Positions 39,496 to 52,918 of a stretch of 64,000 bases of DNA are shown piece by piece; within the stretch, counting starts at the first letter, position 1, and every line of letters starts with the position of its first letter. Location: contig JASVEC010000022.1 in assembly GCA_030770535.1 (NCBI GenBank), positions 62,001-126,000 of the forward strand. Direction: 5' to 3'. This DNA comes from Batkoa obscura (Eukaryota). Under the pieces are notes generated by a model. It was not told where the DNA came from. It made no database searches and was given only the letters and a program-made list of their open reading frames with translations. Both the position numbers and the translations under genes were made by a program.

Positions 39496-39687
39496 TGATG
39501 ATATTATAGATCTATTTCAGTTAAGAGGTGCTTCTCAGCATAGTAAAAGTGTGAGTCTAAGCAATTTGCTAAGTTATTAAAAATTATTAAATTAAAGTGA
39601 AATCGATATTGTATTTCAAAATAAAGTTTAATAAACATGTAATCTTTTTAATTGTTTTTTTATTTGAAATATAACCAATTAATTCAT

Positions 39688-40422
39688 TTAATTTTTAACA
39701 GGATACTTAATGGTCGAAGGACAGGAACCAGCCGAAGGAGCATTGGTAATTTCAAAGTCCAATTTACCATTCAAATACATATAAATTTTAACTTCACTAA
39801 TCGCACCATTAGTACAAGTAAGTTGAACTTGAGCTCCCAATTTATTAAAGGCAGCAATTATATCACTTTTAGAATAGGATCTACCAGGTGTAATTCCTGA
39901 ACTTTTCAATGTATTATATAAATCAAATTTAGACCTTAAAGTTAAAGTTGTTTTAAAATAATCTCTAGCATCTTGGCCTCTTTGAAAGGCAGTATAGCAC
40001 TTTGGTTCATAGATAGAATAGCAAGTACCATGTTTTCCCCATTCGTGTTCCCAGAAAGAGGGATTATCTCCTTTATAAGAAGCCCAATAAGTATTCATTT
40101 GGGTTTCTAAAGAAGGATCAACGGCAACTATATTTTTAAGATCAGTGTATTGACGTGTACTATCACAACCCTTATTGGGACCAAAACTACCATCACAATT
40201 GTTGGGCCATAAGCCGTGAACGGTAAAGGCATCTTTAGGACCTAAACCAGGATACCATTGTAAAGCTAAGACTAATAAACCGAGTTTAGGACTGCAACAA
40301 GTGTCTGTAGCATTTGCTGAACAAGAACGAATGTCATTGGAACAGTTCGATTGTTTTGTTGTCAATTGACTTAAACTGGTTAATGTGAAAAAAGAAAATA
40401 GAATACTAGTGGTGAACTTCAT
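39688..40422 (-). CDS. Secreted ribonuclease T2 (RNase Rh-like), paralogue 2
   Basis: FTVHGLWP and FWEHEWGKHGTC; colinear with the 34149-34880 protein (shared CSNDIRSCSA, GRSYS, LGAQVQL, ITNAPS). Confidence 0.95.
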   Translation of the reverse strand: MKFTTSILFSFFTLTSLSQLTTKQSNCSNDIRSCSANATDTCCSPKLGLLVLALQWYPGLGPKDAFTVHGLWPNNCDGSFGPNKGCDSTRQYTDLKNIVAVDPSLETQMNTYWASYKGDNPSFWEHEWGKHGTCYSIYEPKCYTAFQRGQDARDYFKTTLTLRSKFDLYNTLKSSGITPGRSYSKSDIIAAFNKLGAQVQLTCTNGAISEVKIYMYLNGKLDFEITNAPSAGSCPSTIKYPVKN

Positions 40423-42343
40423 AATACAGAATAAGTTTTGTGATGAATGAAGTTAGACTCTTATGAATTTATATAGCTTTTTAGATGCATTTGTTTTAGC
40501 TATATTTATTAGTATAAATATTTTTTTGACTTTTTTATAACTTATTTACGGGTTATTGTTTTAATTTAGATAATAAATGCCATGTGCCGCGTTTGTTTGG
40601 TTCATGATCATAGTAAAATAAAACAATTATTAGTTATTTAAAAGGCTATGTTTGCTGAAAGTTTTGATCAATTGCTAAGTATTGTTTATTTATATTATTT
40701 TAAACACTAACATCAGTTATATCACTTATTGTATTGATAGAACTGATAAATTGAAATCTAAAAAAAATTATAGATTTTATTATAAAATTTAAATGTACAA
40801 TTAATTTAAAAGTAGTTGTATATACTATCATATGCCTAAAGATGATTTAAAGCATTATGTAACTACAATTGATATGTAAAGTAAGTTTATTTGACCATAG
40901 CTTTATTAAAAATATTAAAATTTCCATAACTTCACAGTTTATTTTAATTGTTCGTATTTAAAATAATAGTTAATAATTTCATATGGCAACGTGGTTTTAG
41001 TATAAGGTGAAGTGATAGTGGTTGAAGCAATTTATAAAAAGTTATTAGCGAATTTGGTGACTTTTTCAGCTACCGCTACTTTACCACATGCTCAAAGATG
41101 CTTGATTTCAATAATAAAGTTAATGGTTTAATAAGGGATTTATAGCTGAAAGACACATGTAGTAAGTTTATTCTAAAAAACCTTATTTATTAAAATAAAT
41201 CATTATAATTTAATATGCTACTTAAGGTAAACTATTAATTTAGGGGTATTTTATCGAGTTTAAGTAAATTGTTTCTTTTTATTATTATAAAGTATACTGT
41301 TGATGATTATAGTTTTTGAAACTATACAATAAGCTGGTGCATTGAGTAATTTGTTATATTAAATATTTTTTTAAATTATTCATGTTTTAATCTATAATTT
41401 GACTCATCTAATACTTATATTTTAATATTTATAATTGTTAAATACCCTCAAAGTAGTAAATATAACCCTTAGATTTAATATATTATACTACATATAGTAA
41501 TAGGCTGCACATGTTTATTTTATTTAAAAGGTAGATGGAGTAAAAGTAGATGAAGTAAAGGGATCTTTATATTTAGACTTATGTTAGCTATAATGTTTTA
41601 ATTTATTGTTACTTTATAGATCCTTCTTATGTTAGGTTATTAAGTTTTATCTTAGTGTATTATAATCATTAGATTACTTAAAATTATTATTTCATTTTAA
41701 AAGTTATATTAATGATAACAATAATAATAGTTATTAAAAGAATATCATAAAATATAAATATACAGTTTTTTCTATTAGCATCAATACATCCATTATACGA
41801 AAACTAGCCCTAAAAGTCATTATTTGTTGGCTACGGTTCTAAAAAAAAATGAATGTATATGACTCACATATAATCTAATATTTATGAATAATAAGTTAAA
41901 AATTTAAAGAGTTAAATACAAATAAATAAATTCAATATTCAAGTTATTATAAACCCAAAGCTCAATTTTTTGTCCAATATTGATTTTTAGCAAAAATTGT
42001 GAATCAGACACAAAATCTATGAAGAGATAGTTGCTTTTGCTTAATTTTAAAATGACTCAAATATGTACGGTTTTTGTTTAATGTCTATTTAATATTTCTT
42101 TTAATATTTTACGCTATATAGGAAATGCACAAAGAAGAGAAATTAGAAACTTCTATTTTTAATTTTAACCAGACTTTTAGACTTCCCATTTACTGTTTAT
42201 GTTTACCATCTAAAAATTTAAAAAACCATCTATCAAACTCAAAACTCAAACCCAACCAATCAAACTCCTATGATGACATTTACTATGACAAAAAAAATCT
42301 TGCTAAAACCGAAACTTCGAGTCCTTATCTTTTATCAAAAAAA

Positions 42344-44283
42344 ATGAGCAAAGTCAGTAGTATATTAACAAGTAGTTTATATGAAAAGCATACCAAAGGC
42401 TTTCTAAAATTTATCAACGCTTCACCCAGTCCATTTCATGCGGTAAAAAATATAAAAGAAAGATTACATGAGAATGGGTTTTTAGAATTAAAAGAAAGAG
42501 ATAGTTGGAATGGTAAATTAGAAAAAAATGGTAGATATTATTTTACTAGAAATCAATCAACTATTGTTGCTTTTGCTGTCGGAGAGAAATTTGTAAGTTT
42601 AAATATATTATCTTTATTGGTTGCTTATGATTAAATAAAAATATAGGAACCTGGAAATGGATTTTCAATGGTAGCTGCTCATACCGATTCTCCTTGTCTT
42701 AAGGTAATTTTTTTTATTTTTAAAATAAAATAAAAATTTAATATGACATTTAGGTAAAACCAATCTCTAAAAAAGAAAAGGTTGGATATCTTCAAGTTGG
42801 TGTTCAATTATATGGTGGTGGTTTATGGTATTTATATTAAATAAATATTGATTCATTAAATAACTAATATACTTATAAAGGCATACCTGGTTTGATCGTG
42901 ATTTAGGTTTAGCTGGTAGAGTAGTTACTCAAAATAAAGATGGAGGTTTACAATCTCATCTTGTTCATATTAAACGGTAATTATTGAACAATAATATTTA
43001 TTATAATTATAATAACTAATTTTTATTATTTAGCCCAATTTTACGTGTACCAACATTAGCTATTCATTTAGATCGTGGTGTCAATGAGAAATTAGAGTTT
43101 AATAAAGAAGATAAATTATTACCTGTTTTAGCTACTGTTAATGAAAGGTAATTAAATACTTAAAAATGTAAATTAATTAATTAAATTAATTTAGATTAAA
43201 TTCAGAATCCCCAAGTTCAACTTCTCATCATCCAGAATTATTAAGTTTATTATCTCAAGAATTAAGTGTAGAAGGTAATTAATATATAACAACATAATAG
43301 CATAATAATTTAAATTTTTTTTACATAGCTGAAAGTATTCTTGATATCGAATTATGTTTATTTGACACTCAAGAATCATGTACTGGTGGCATCAATAATG
43401 AATTTATATTTTCTGCCAGATTAGATAATTTAATGATGAGTTATACTACAGTTGAAGGTTTAATAGATTCCTTAAATAAACATCCATTAAATGAAGATAC
43501 AAATGTACGTTTAATGTGCTTATATGATAATGAAGAAGTTGGTTCTGCTTCTGCTTATGGAGCTGATTCTTTATTAACTGAATCTACTATGCGTCGTATC
43601 CAAGCTGCTGTTTCCAAAGATGCTCATACTGTAAGTTTGTTATGATTTTTATAATGTAAGATATTAAATCTGTAATAGACTGCTTTCGAAGAAGGTATTG
43701 CTAAAAGTTATTTAATTTCGGCTGATATGGCTCATGCTATTCATCCTAATTATAGGTAATTTATAATTACAAAATATCTTAAAGTAACTAATCAAAAATA
43801 ATTTTGCTTTTAATTAGTGATAAACACGAAAGTAATCATCAACCCAAGATCCATGGCGGTGTCGTAATTAAACACAATGCCAATCAGCGTTATGCTACCA
43901 CATCAGCTACATCAGCTATCCTTAAACATATTGCAGAACGTTTAAGTCTTCCGTTACAAGAATTTGTAGTACGTAATGATTGTGCTTGTGGTTCTACTAT
44001 TGGTCCTATCCTTTCTTCTAAGCTTGGTTTACAAACTATTGGTAAAGAATTTAAAAGTTAGTTAATTTTAACATAGTAATTAATGAATTATTTTATAGAT
44101 ATCGGATGTCCTCAACTTTCTATGCATTCTATTCGTGAAATGGCTGGTGTTCAAGATCTTTCTCATGCTATTAAATTGTTTGAGGTAAAATTATTGTCTT
44201 CTTCATAATTGTTGTTTTTAATTTTATTGTAGGAATTTTATGGTTGTTTCCCAAAAGTGTTAAGTAAATTTCAAGTAGATTAA
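42344..44283 (+). CDS. APE4: Aspartyl aminopeptidase (peptidase M18, Ape4/DNPEP), multi-exon
   Basis: FINASPSPFHAV, AAHTDSPCLK, YGGGLWHTWFDRDLG, IFSARLDNL, YDNEEVGS, SADMAHAIHPNY, NANQRYAT, CGSTIGP and QLSMHSIRE. Stop TAA at 44281-44283. The start could be the upstream ATG at 42125. Confidence 0.93.
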
Positions 44284-45130
44284 AAAAATAGTCGATTAAT
44301 TAAAACTCGATGTCTGGAATTATTTTTATTATTTATTATTCAATTGAATATATTGGCAGTTATCCTATTATGGTTAATTTTTTTAATATAATGACTAATA
44401 TATAGCTTAAAACTTAAATGTTAAATCATACTTTTTATTATATATATTTCAGTCTAAATTGACATTTTGAGTATTTTATAATTACATATCAATGTTAATA
44501 GTACTTAAAATTTATAGACTGTTGGTAAAGCCATTAACTGTAATAAATTTGGTTAGAAGAATTGAACCCAATGTAAATGTGCTATTACTTCGTTAAACTT
44601 ATAAATTCCATTACATTCATAAAGTTGGAAACGATATTGAAAAAAATTAAGAATGTTTAGTTAAAAGCTAAGAATAAATTTAAGTATATTCATTATAAGA
44701 CAAAGAATCAGGTATTAAATATTAAAATAAAAACAGATAAGAATGTTATTATTTTGTAAAAAAGCAAAAAAAATTCAAGATACTTCCTACTGATCGATTA
44801 CATCCCTTATGCCAACTACTTAGCTGGCTTTAAATAATTATCATTGCAAACAAAACGCTTGGAGTTTAATGTCTATCAAGAGAACAAAAAAATCCTACGT
44901 CTTCTTGGTATTTGACTTTAATTCCATAACCAAATATAAAGCAAAGCTCGAAGAAACGAATACATAAATTTGTTCATAAGATACTTATCAAGGGTTTAAA
45001 TAAATAATAGTCCTATAAACTATACACTTAATTTTCAAACTTTAATGTCTACAAAATGTATAATAGTAATAATTCAATATTTTTTAAAACAATAATTTAA
45101 ATATAAACCCTTTATTAAAACGAAGCACAT

Positions 45131-45316
45131 TTAATAATAAGGAGTAATAGTAGGACAAGTCCCTTGTACAGTTTTAGTAACATAAGCGGTGGCAGTTTTA
45201 GTAACTACTTTGGTAACATCTTTGCAGGTATTTCCAGAACCTCCAGAACCTCCAGAACCATAGGCCTGAGAAAGAGTAGAGGTAGCAAATAATATAACAA
45301 TGGCTAAAAATTTCAT
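45131..45316 (-). CDS. Tiny secreted Gly/Thr-rich peptide ending TPYY (61 aa)
   Basis: Signal peptide MKFLAIVILFATSTLS, then GSGGSGGSG and C-(Thr/Val-rich)-CPT; related to 46179-46706. Confidence 0.75.
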   Translation of the reverse strand: MKFLAIVILFATSTLSQAYGSGGSGGSGNTCKDVTKVVTKTATAYVTKTVQGTCPTITPYY

Positions 45317-45656
45317 TTTGATTTCGATGATTTTGTTTGTGTTTTTTGATAATTTCAGTCCTCCAAGTTTGATAGTTTATATACACTTCGGATGCCTAGA
45401 CACCAACATAAAAGAAAATCATTACGAATCTCAAGCCTTTGTTTAGAACATGAGCTATTTTTATAACTCATTTTAAAATAATGTGTCAAGATGATATAGT
45501 TGATTCTCTTGATAAACTTAAATTATTTATTTAAGGTACTATTATTTTTTATTTAATTCTTTAAAGAATCAATGCTCCCATTATTTTATTTACAGAATAT
45601 TATTACTTTGTTAACCAAGTTTTAGTAGCTTATTTTCAATCCACCCATTTTTTAGA

Positions 45657-45844
45657 AAGTTGTTTTTAAAGTAATCTCCCCTTCTTAGGCAAAAAAAAAA
45701 ATAAAGAGGTTATTGCTTACAACACCAAATATCTTTTACATCTAAAAACAGAATATTTTTAGTGTAAAGAAAATTAATTGTGGCAATTTTACACCCTCAC
45801 GAATGTAAATTTGTCCAAAAAGAGGATTACTTTAGAAATAACCT
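45657..45844 (-). mobile_element. MITE family B copy 2
   Basis: TIRs AGTTGTTTTTAAAGTAATCTC ... GAGGATTACTTTAGAAATAACCT; homologous to 33132-33309 in opposite orientation. Confidence 0.6.
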
Positions 45845-46178
45845 CAAATTTATTTTGTTGGCAATTTAAACATTATTTGAATCAATGACACCAAAAAATG
45901 TGACGGCTTTTTTTAAGGTTAAAATTAAAAATTGGAATTTAGTTAGAAAATGAGTTTAAACTTAGAATTGAGATAAACTAAATCAATTCTATTCAAGCGA
46001 TAAGATGGTTATATGATATAAAACATCATTAAGCTACTTCCTCGAGGTCAATTTCAATTAAAAATAGATTCCTTTAAAAGCCCATAATTTTATATCTTTT
46101 TTCTTCTAAAGCTATCCTCTATCCAGGCTATAAAAAGGAACATGGCCAACCCTAACCTTTTATATTAAAAACAAAAAA

Positions 46179-46706
46179 ATGAAGTTTATAATATTTAACT
46201 CGATAGTACTCTTTTTTTCAGCTATTAATGCTGGATACCAAAATGATTATAGTAGTGTTGGTAGCTATGGTGGAAGTTCTGGTGGAGATAGTAGCGGAAA
46301 CTATGGAGGAGGTAGTGGTAGTGGAAGTGGCAGTGTAGGAGGTGGCAGTGGTCATGGTTATGGTGGAGGCAGCGGAGGAAGCGGTGGTGCAGGTAATGGA
46401 GGAGGTAATGGAGGAGGTAATGGTGGAGGTAATGGAGGAGGTAATGGAGGTGGTAACGGAGGAGGTAATGGAGGTGGTAACGGAGGAGGTAATGGAGGAG
46501 GTAATGGCGGAGGCAATGTATGTAACCCAAAGACAGTCACTAAAACTTCGACTGCGACTGTGACTTCAACTGCCACGGTAACCAATAAACCCACCAATTG
46601 TCCTACTCCTTGTGCTATTAAAACCATCACTTCTATCAAGGTTGTTACTTCCACCGGTACCAAGACTATAACCGTTAAACCTCATTGTCCTACTCCTTAT
46701 TACTAA
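46179..46706 (+). CDS. Secreted Gly-rich (GGGN repeat) protein with two Cys-bounded Thr-rich modules, ending TPYY; probable cell-wall/surface protein
   Basis: Signal peptide, a 12-bp tandem repeat encoding about 10 GGGN, then CNPKTVTKTSTATVT...CPTP and CAIKTITS...CPTPYY. Confidence 0.85.
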   Translation: MKFIIFNSIVLFFSAINAGYQNDYSSVGSYGGSSGGDSSGNYGGGSGSGSGSVGGGSGHGYGGGSGGSGGAGNGGGNGGGNGGGNGGGNGGGNGGGNGGGNGGGNGGGNGGGNVCNPKTVTKTSTATVTSTATVTNKPTNCPTPCAIKTITSIKVVTSTGTKTITVKPHCPTPYY

Positions 46707-47099
46707 AATTGGTTTAATAAGCTTATTTATAAATGAATATTTATTTTATAGCTTAGCTTTAAATTTATTTTTAAAATTTATTTTTAGAATTTATTATAAA
46801 ATTCAATTAAAATAACTAAAATTTTATATACTAAAACAATATAAAAATAGCTTTTCTTACTTATACTTTGCAAGGCATTGTCTTTCACATAATCTAACAA
46901 AAGTTACCAAATCCACGTTTTTTTATTCCACAACACTATTTTACAGCTACTAAAATGGGTACGTGGAACCTAAAGGACTTCAGTAAAATTATTTTTTATA
47001 GTTGCATAAAAAAACCGAAAATAAATAAATTTAAATGTTTTATTTGCATTAAGCTTTGTAAGCAGAAGCACTTTTTTAATTACGAATAAATTTTGTTAA

Positions 47100-47417
47100 G
47101 GATTATAACTAACTGACAAACTTAAAAAAGCTTAAAACAAATCTAACTGAGCTCAAACTATCAGGATAAAGTCAACCAATTAAATTAACTATTTTTAAAT
47201 TGTCTTAAAGATATAAAAATAATTAAAACTAAAGCTTAATAAGTTTTTATAAGCTCAAATTAATATAAAAATTTATTAAACTTTAGTTTTAATTATTTTT
47301 ATATCTTTAAGACAATTTAAACAATTAGTTTAATTAAGTGATTTTATCCTATCAGTTTAAGCTTATTCAGATTTGTTTTAACCTTTTATTAAGTTCATTT
47401 TAAAGTTAGTTATAATA
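47100..47417. mobile_element. Long foldback element (~150-bp arms, 12-nt loop)
   Basis: TTTAAATTGTCTTAAAGATATAAAAATAATTAAAACTAAAG is perfectly mirrored by CTTTAGTTTTAATTATTTTTATATCTTTAAGACAATTTAAA; the arms extend imperfectly to ATTATAACTAACT/AGTTAGTTATAAT. Confidence 0.75.
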
Positions 47418-48128
47418 TTAAAAATTTATTAATATATAAATTTACTAAAATTTAAATATAATAAAAAAACAAAAAAAACTTTTAAGCATTTATTTTAAAC
47501 ATCAATTAAAATTGGTAAGAATTAAATTACAATAACAAAAAAAATTATATAAAGATGTTAAAATTCAACTATGCAGAAGCTAGCTGTTTATTTTAAAAAC
47601 AAGAAATTAAGTATTAAGCATTAAACGCCATAATAGTAAAATATAATTACAAAATTGACACTAGCCACTACTACATAATTAAATTCAACATTGCAAAAAA
47701 ACGACTGTTAAAAAACGTAGCATTTTTTTGATTGAATTTTAATTCAATTAAATCTATTTTTAAAATTCTCTTGATACTAAAAGACTTAATAAGCATTTAT
47801 AAAAATAAAGTATCACTTTATAAAAGATATATTAAAACTATCATTACCAGTTTAGTAAGATAGTATTAATATATCACTTAATTATAGATGATTCTACACT
47901 ATTCTAGCAGAATTGAATGACGTTGAGTTCTATTTTGTACAACTTGAAATTAAAGCGAGTGTTAATTTTATTGGTTAATATTGATATCATGGTTTGAGTT
48001 TTCCTAGAATTTCAAACATGACCTTTTATGAAACTATCCTATTAATTAATATAAAAGCAATAAGAAAGTGTAATAAATAAAAACAAAAACAACAAAAACA
48101 GAAACAGAAACAAAAATAATATTTAACC

Positions 48129-48163
48129 TAACAATCTAACAATCTAACAATCTAACAATCTAA
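48129..48163 (+). repeat. (TAACAATC)x4 tandem repeat immediately upstream of the GNAT start
   Basis: ctaacaatctaacaatctaacaatctaacaatcta. Confidence 0.8.
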
Positions 48164-48173
48164 AAAATAAATA

Positions 48174-49184
48174 ATGTCCACCGAAAACAATCAATATAAA
48201 TTAGTCATTGCAACTAAAGAACAACAATTAAAATGCTGGAAAACAATTGGACCTTATTGGGGTAAAGGTATTAGTGAGAGTGAATTTATAGCTAGAGAAA
48301 CATTATTAACTGGTGGTGCCTTTGGAAAAGAAAATTTAACTCAATGGGTTTTGGTTGATAGTAATGACAAGATGCTAACCTTTTGTGAAAGTTATCAACG
48401 TAATGTTATTTATAAGAGTGAAAATGGAATAGAAAAAAGAAAAGTTTATAGTATTTGTTCAGTATTTACACCTGAAGAACATCGAGGAAATGGTTATGCT
48501 TCAAAGATGTTTCAATTATTAGTAAATGAATTGAATAAAAAGGATACTTTATGTTCTGTACTTTATTCAGATGTAGGTCAATTTTATGAACGTTTTGGGT
48601 ATAAAGAGTATGATCCTTATCATTTAGAATTAGATTCTAATGTTGATAATCTTCAATTAGATAATAATATTCAATATTTAACAGAAAATGAGATTAAAAA
48701 AATAAGTGAATTAGATATTCAGTTAATTGAAAAAGAATTAAAAGAAAGTGAAGAGAAATCAATTATGGTAATTGAACCGAATTTTGATTGTTATGAATGG
48801 CATTTTACTCGAAGTCAATATTATGCTAATTATAAAAAGAAAGAAATACCTACTATTTTTGGTTCAGTTTATCAAGGTGAAGAATTAGAGTTTTTAATAT
48901 GGACTTATGATTTTAATGAAAATGAATTAGTTATTTTAAGACATAGAATTCAAAATCATGGAGATGAATTATTGAACTCCGCTTTATTAAAATTAAAAGA
49001 AATGAAGTTTAATAAAATTATTGCTTGGAATTTATATAAAAAAGATATTGGGGAGTATTTTAATGATAAAGTTACTATTGTTAAAAGAGATATAGATTCT
49101 TTACCTTATGCTACTTTTCCTCAATTAAAAAATCAAAAGGATTATCCTCATTGGTGGTATATTCAAAAATATAATTGGGTTTAA
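48174..49184 (+). CDS. GNAT acetyltransferase, LYC1-like (paralogue 2)
   Basis: ICSVFTPEEHRGNGYASKM, VLYSDVGQFYERFGY and YEWHFTRSQYY. Intronless. Confidence 0.85.
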   Translation: MSTENNQYKLVIATKEQQLKCWKTIGPYWGKGISESEFIARETLLTGGAFGKENLTQWVLVDSNDKMLTFCESYQRNVIYKSENGIEKRKVYSICSVFTPEEHRGNGYASKMFQLLVNELNKKDTLCSVLYSDVGQFYERFGYKEYDPYHLELDSNVDNLQLDNNIQYLTENEIKKISELDIQLIEKELKESEEKSIMVIEPNFDCYEWHFTRSQYYANYKKKEIPTIFGSVYQGEELEFLIWTYDFNENELVILRHRIQNHGDELLNSALLKLKEMKFNKIIAWNLYKKDIGEYFNDKVTIVKRDIDSLPYATFPQLKNQKDYPHWWYIQKYNWV

Positions 49185-49693
49185 ATAAAAAATTAAAGAT
49201 ATATAATATAATTTATTATAAAATTAATTTATTCTCTAAGATTTTTGAATTAAAATGATAGTATTTTTACAATATTAAGTTCTAGAATTCTAGTTTTAAA
49301 TTTTTTAATTTTTAAATTATCAAATTTTATAACTATTCTAAATAATAATAAAATAAGATAAGATAATTCAATAATATTTATCAAAATTTTATTATAATTA
49401 TAAAATAATTATTTTGTTATTATTTTAATATCTTTTTTATTATTAATTAAATCATACTCTTTGAAATAAGGAATTACAAATCAACTGATTTTTATTTAAA
49501 CTAATATAAATTGCAATAAATTTATCAATAAATATTAACTTTATTAATAAAATTATTAAAAAAGTAACGGGGATTTCTATGAAACATAAGTTGAATAATT
49601 GGTTTTTTTCAAGTATAAAAAAAGCTAACAATGCCACTTCAGAAGTTTTTTTTTTTAATTTTTTAATTTCAATTTAATTTCAATTTTTATTTC

Positions 49694-49802
49694 ATGGGGA
49701 TTTTACATATCAGTTATCTTTGTGGAAGTTTTACTTATGGTTGTAGTAATTGTGATACTCCACTCTTTACAAAAGATAATATATTAAGTGAAGTAAATTT
49801 TA

Positions 49803-49845
<43 letters not shown>

Positions 49846-50284
49846 TACTAATTACTATTATTATTATTAATTATTATTTTACTTTATTTAATTTAACTTA
49901 TTATTTAGTCATTTAATAAAAAAAATCAACCTCAATTAATTAATAAAATGTAAGATAAATAATATTTAATTATAATAAAACAAAAATTAATAATTTATTT
50001 TCTTTTAGTTATAATATAACGGAAGGAAATATTGAATTAAGACCAATGGTTAGCGGTATTCATAAAGTAGTCGATTTATATTGTATTTATTGTGATAATT
50101 TATTAGGTTGGAAATATGTAATTATTTATTTTATTTTATTTTATTTTATTTTATTTTATTGACTATTTTTTAATAATATTTAATAATGTTTTTGTTTATT
50201 TATTAGGTTCATGCATTTGATTATAATCAAAAATATAAAGAAGGAAAATATTATGTAATTGTGGAGAAAATTCAATGTGTTTAA
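49694..50284 (+). CDS. Yippee/Mis18 zinc-binding protein (Moh1-like), 4 exons; absent from the ORF track
   Basis: MGILHISYLCGSFTYGCSNCDTPL... | ...RPMVSGIHKVVDLYCIYCDNLLGWKY | VHAFDYNQKYKEGKY: two CxxC and the GWKY/QKYKEGK signature. Confidence 0.85.
49803..49878. repeat. (TTA)n microsatellite in Yippee intron 1
   Basis: A run of about 13 perfect ATT units followed by degenerate units. Confidence 0.85.
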
Positions 50285-51457
50285 TATACTAAATTAATTT
50301 TATTCTTATTTTTAATTATAAATGAAAATTATCCTTATTAGAAAAAATGTTGGAGTTATTTGTTTTATTATAAAATCATATTTGAGTTATTTTTAATTAT
50401 CCTTCTTAAGATCTTTTTCCGTTGCTATTATGTCATTAAATAAACCTTGTCTTAAGTAAATAAGTTTTATAAAGAATTTTATAAAATATATATTAATTTA
50501 CATACTATATATTATCTTTTTAACTTTGATTTAAAAAGTATTAAAAATTATATTAAATAGTTAAGAATTATTTTTATGTTAAATAACATTAAAAACTTAA
50601 TAAATGATATTAAATTTTTAAGTTAATCTTTTTGAACAATTATTAGTACATTAAACTTTAAATAATAAGGGGTAGGGATTAGCCAAGTACTTAGTTTATT
50701 TTGAATGGTATAAATTTTTGGAAGTAAATTACTAATTAATTTTATTAAAATAAAAATCTACTACCTTAATCGTAGCCTCAATATATTTTGATATAATACA
50801 TTTAATCTAATTATGTTTTTTTTGATTGGAATTTAACTTAATGTAAAACTAAATCTATTTTTTAAAATGGAAAACTAAGTGTCTGTCTGATTGTTATCAT
50901 CTATTGAACTTTATATCAATATTACTCTTTAATAATAAAAATTATTTAATTACTTTGTTTATTAGTTTACTCACTTTTAAATTATTAATAAACAAAATTA
51001 ACAATTGATTTTTGTTATTTTTTAAAATAAATAAAAATTAATTAGTATTTATGATATAAATAATAACAATTAAAAAAGTCAAAAATTCCAAACTAATTTC
51101 TATTATAAAGTTCATTCAATATAAAATTATATCAATTTTAAAATCTATTTATAATCAACTTTTCATTCCATTCAACTAGATCTATCCGCCACTCTTACAT
51201 CTTTTAAAATTTTACTAAATCTTTAAAATTTCTTTTAATAAACTAAAAAGCCTTATTAAACTTACTAATCTTCATTTAAAAAGACAGATGATTTTATCAT
51301 CTTATATAGTACTAACATCTTACTAATAAAATACTATTATATAAATATATATAAAAAACACTTCAATTTAAAAAATATATATACAAATTAATAATCTGTT
51401 TTTATTTTATTTTATTTTATTTTATTTTATTTTATTTTATTTTAATTATTTAAAAAA

Positions 51458-52610
<1,153 letters not shown>

Positions 52611-52918
52611 GGAAAAGTAATTAAATAATGATTTTATAGTTATATGATTAATCTATTTTATATTTTATAATCATTACTACTAATATAAGGATTTGAATTA
52701 ATAAATAGTAAACAATAAATATATAAATAGAAATCATCAATATTCAAATAATAACTTTTATTTTTTTTAATTAACTTAATTTAACAAACAATTCGTTTTA
52801 AAAGCATTCCTTTCACTTTAAATTCTATTTCATTTTTAATAATCTAAAAAATATTCTTATGTTTTACCTTATAATAAATATTGTGTATTTAATTCCAATT
52901 TTCAACTTGAAACTTAAT

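Noticed and set aside
46225..46663. His/Leu-, Met/Glu- and Pro-rich ORFs
   Set aside because: These are shadows of the 12-bp GGGN repeat in the secreted protein.
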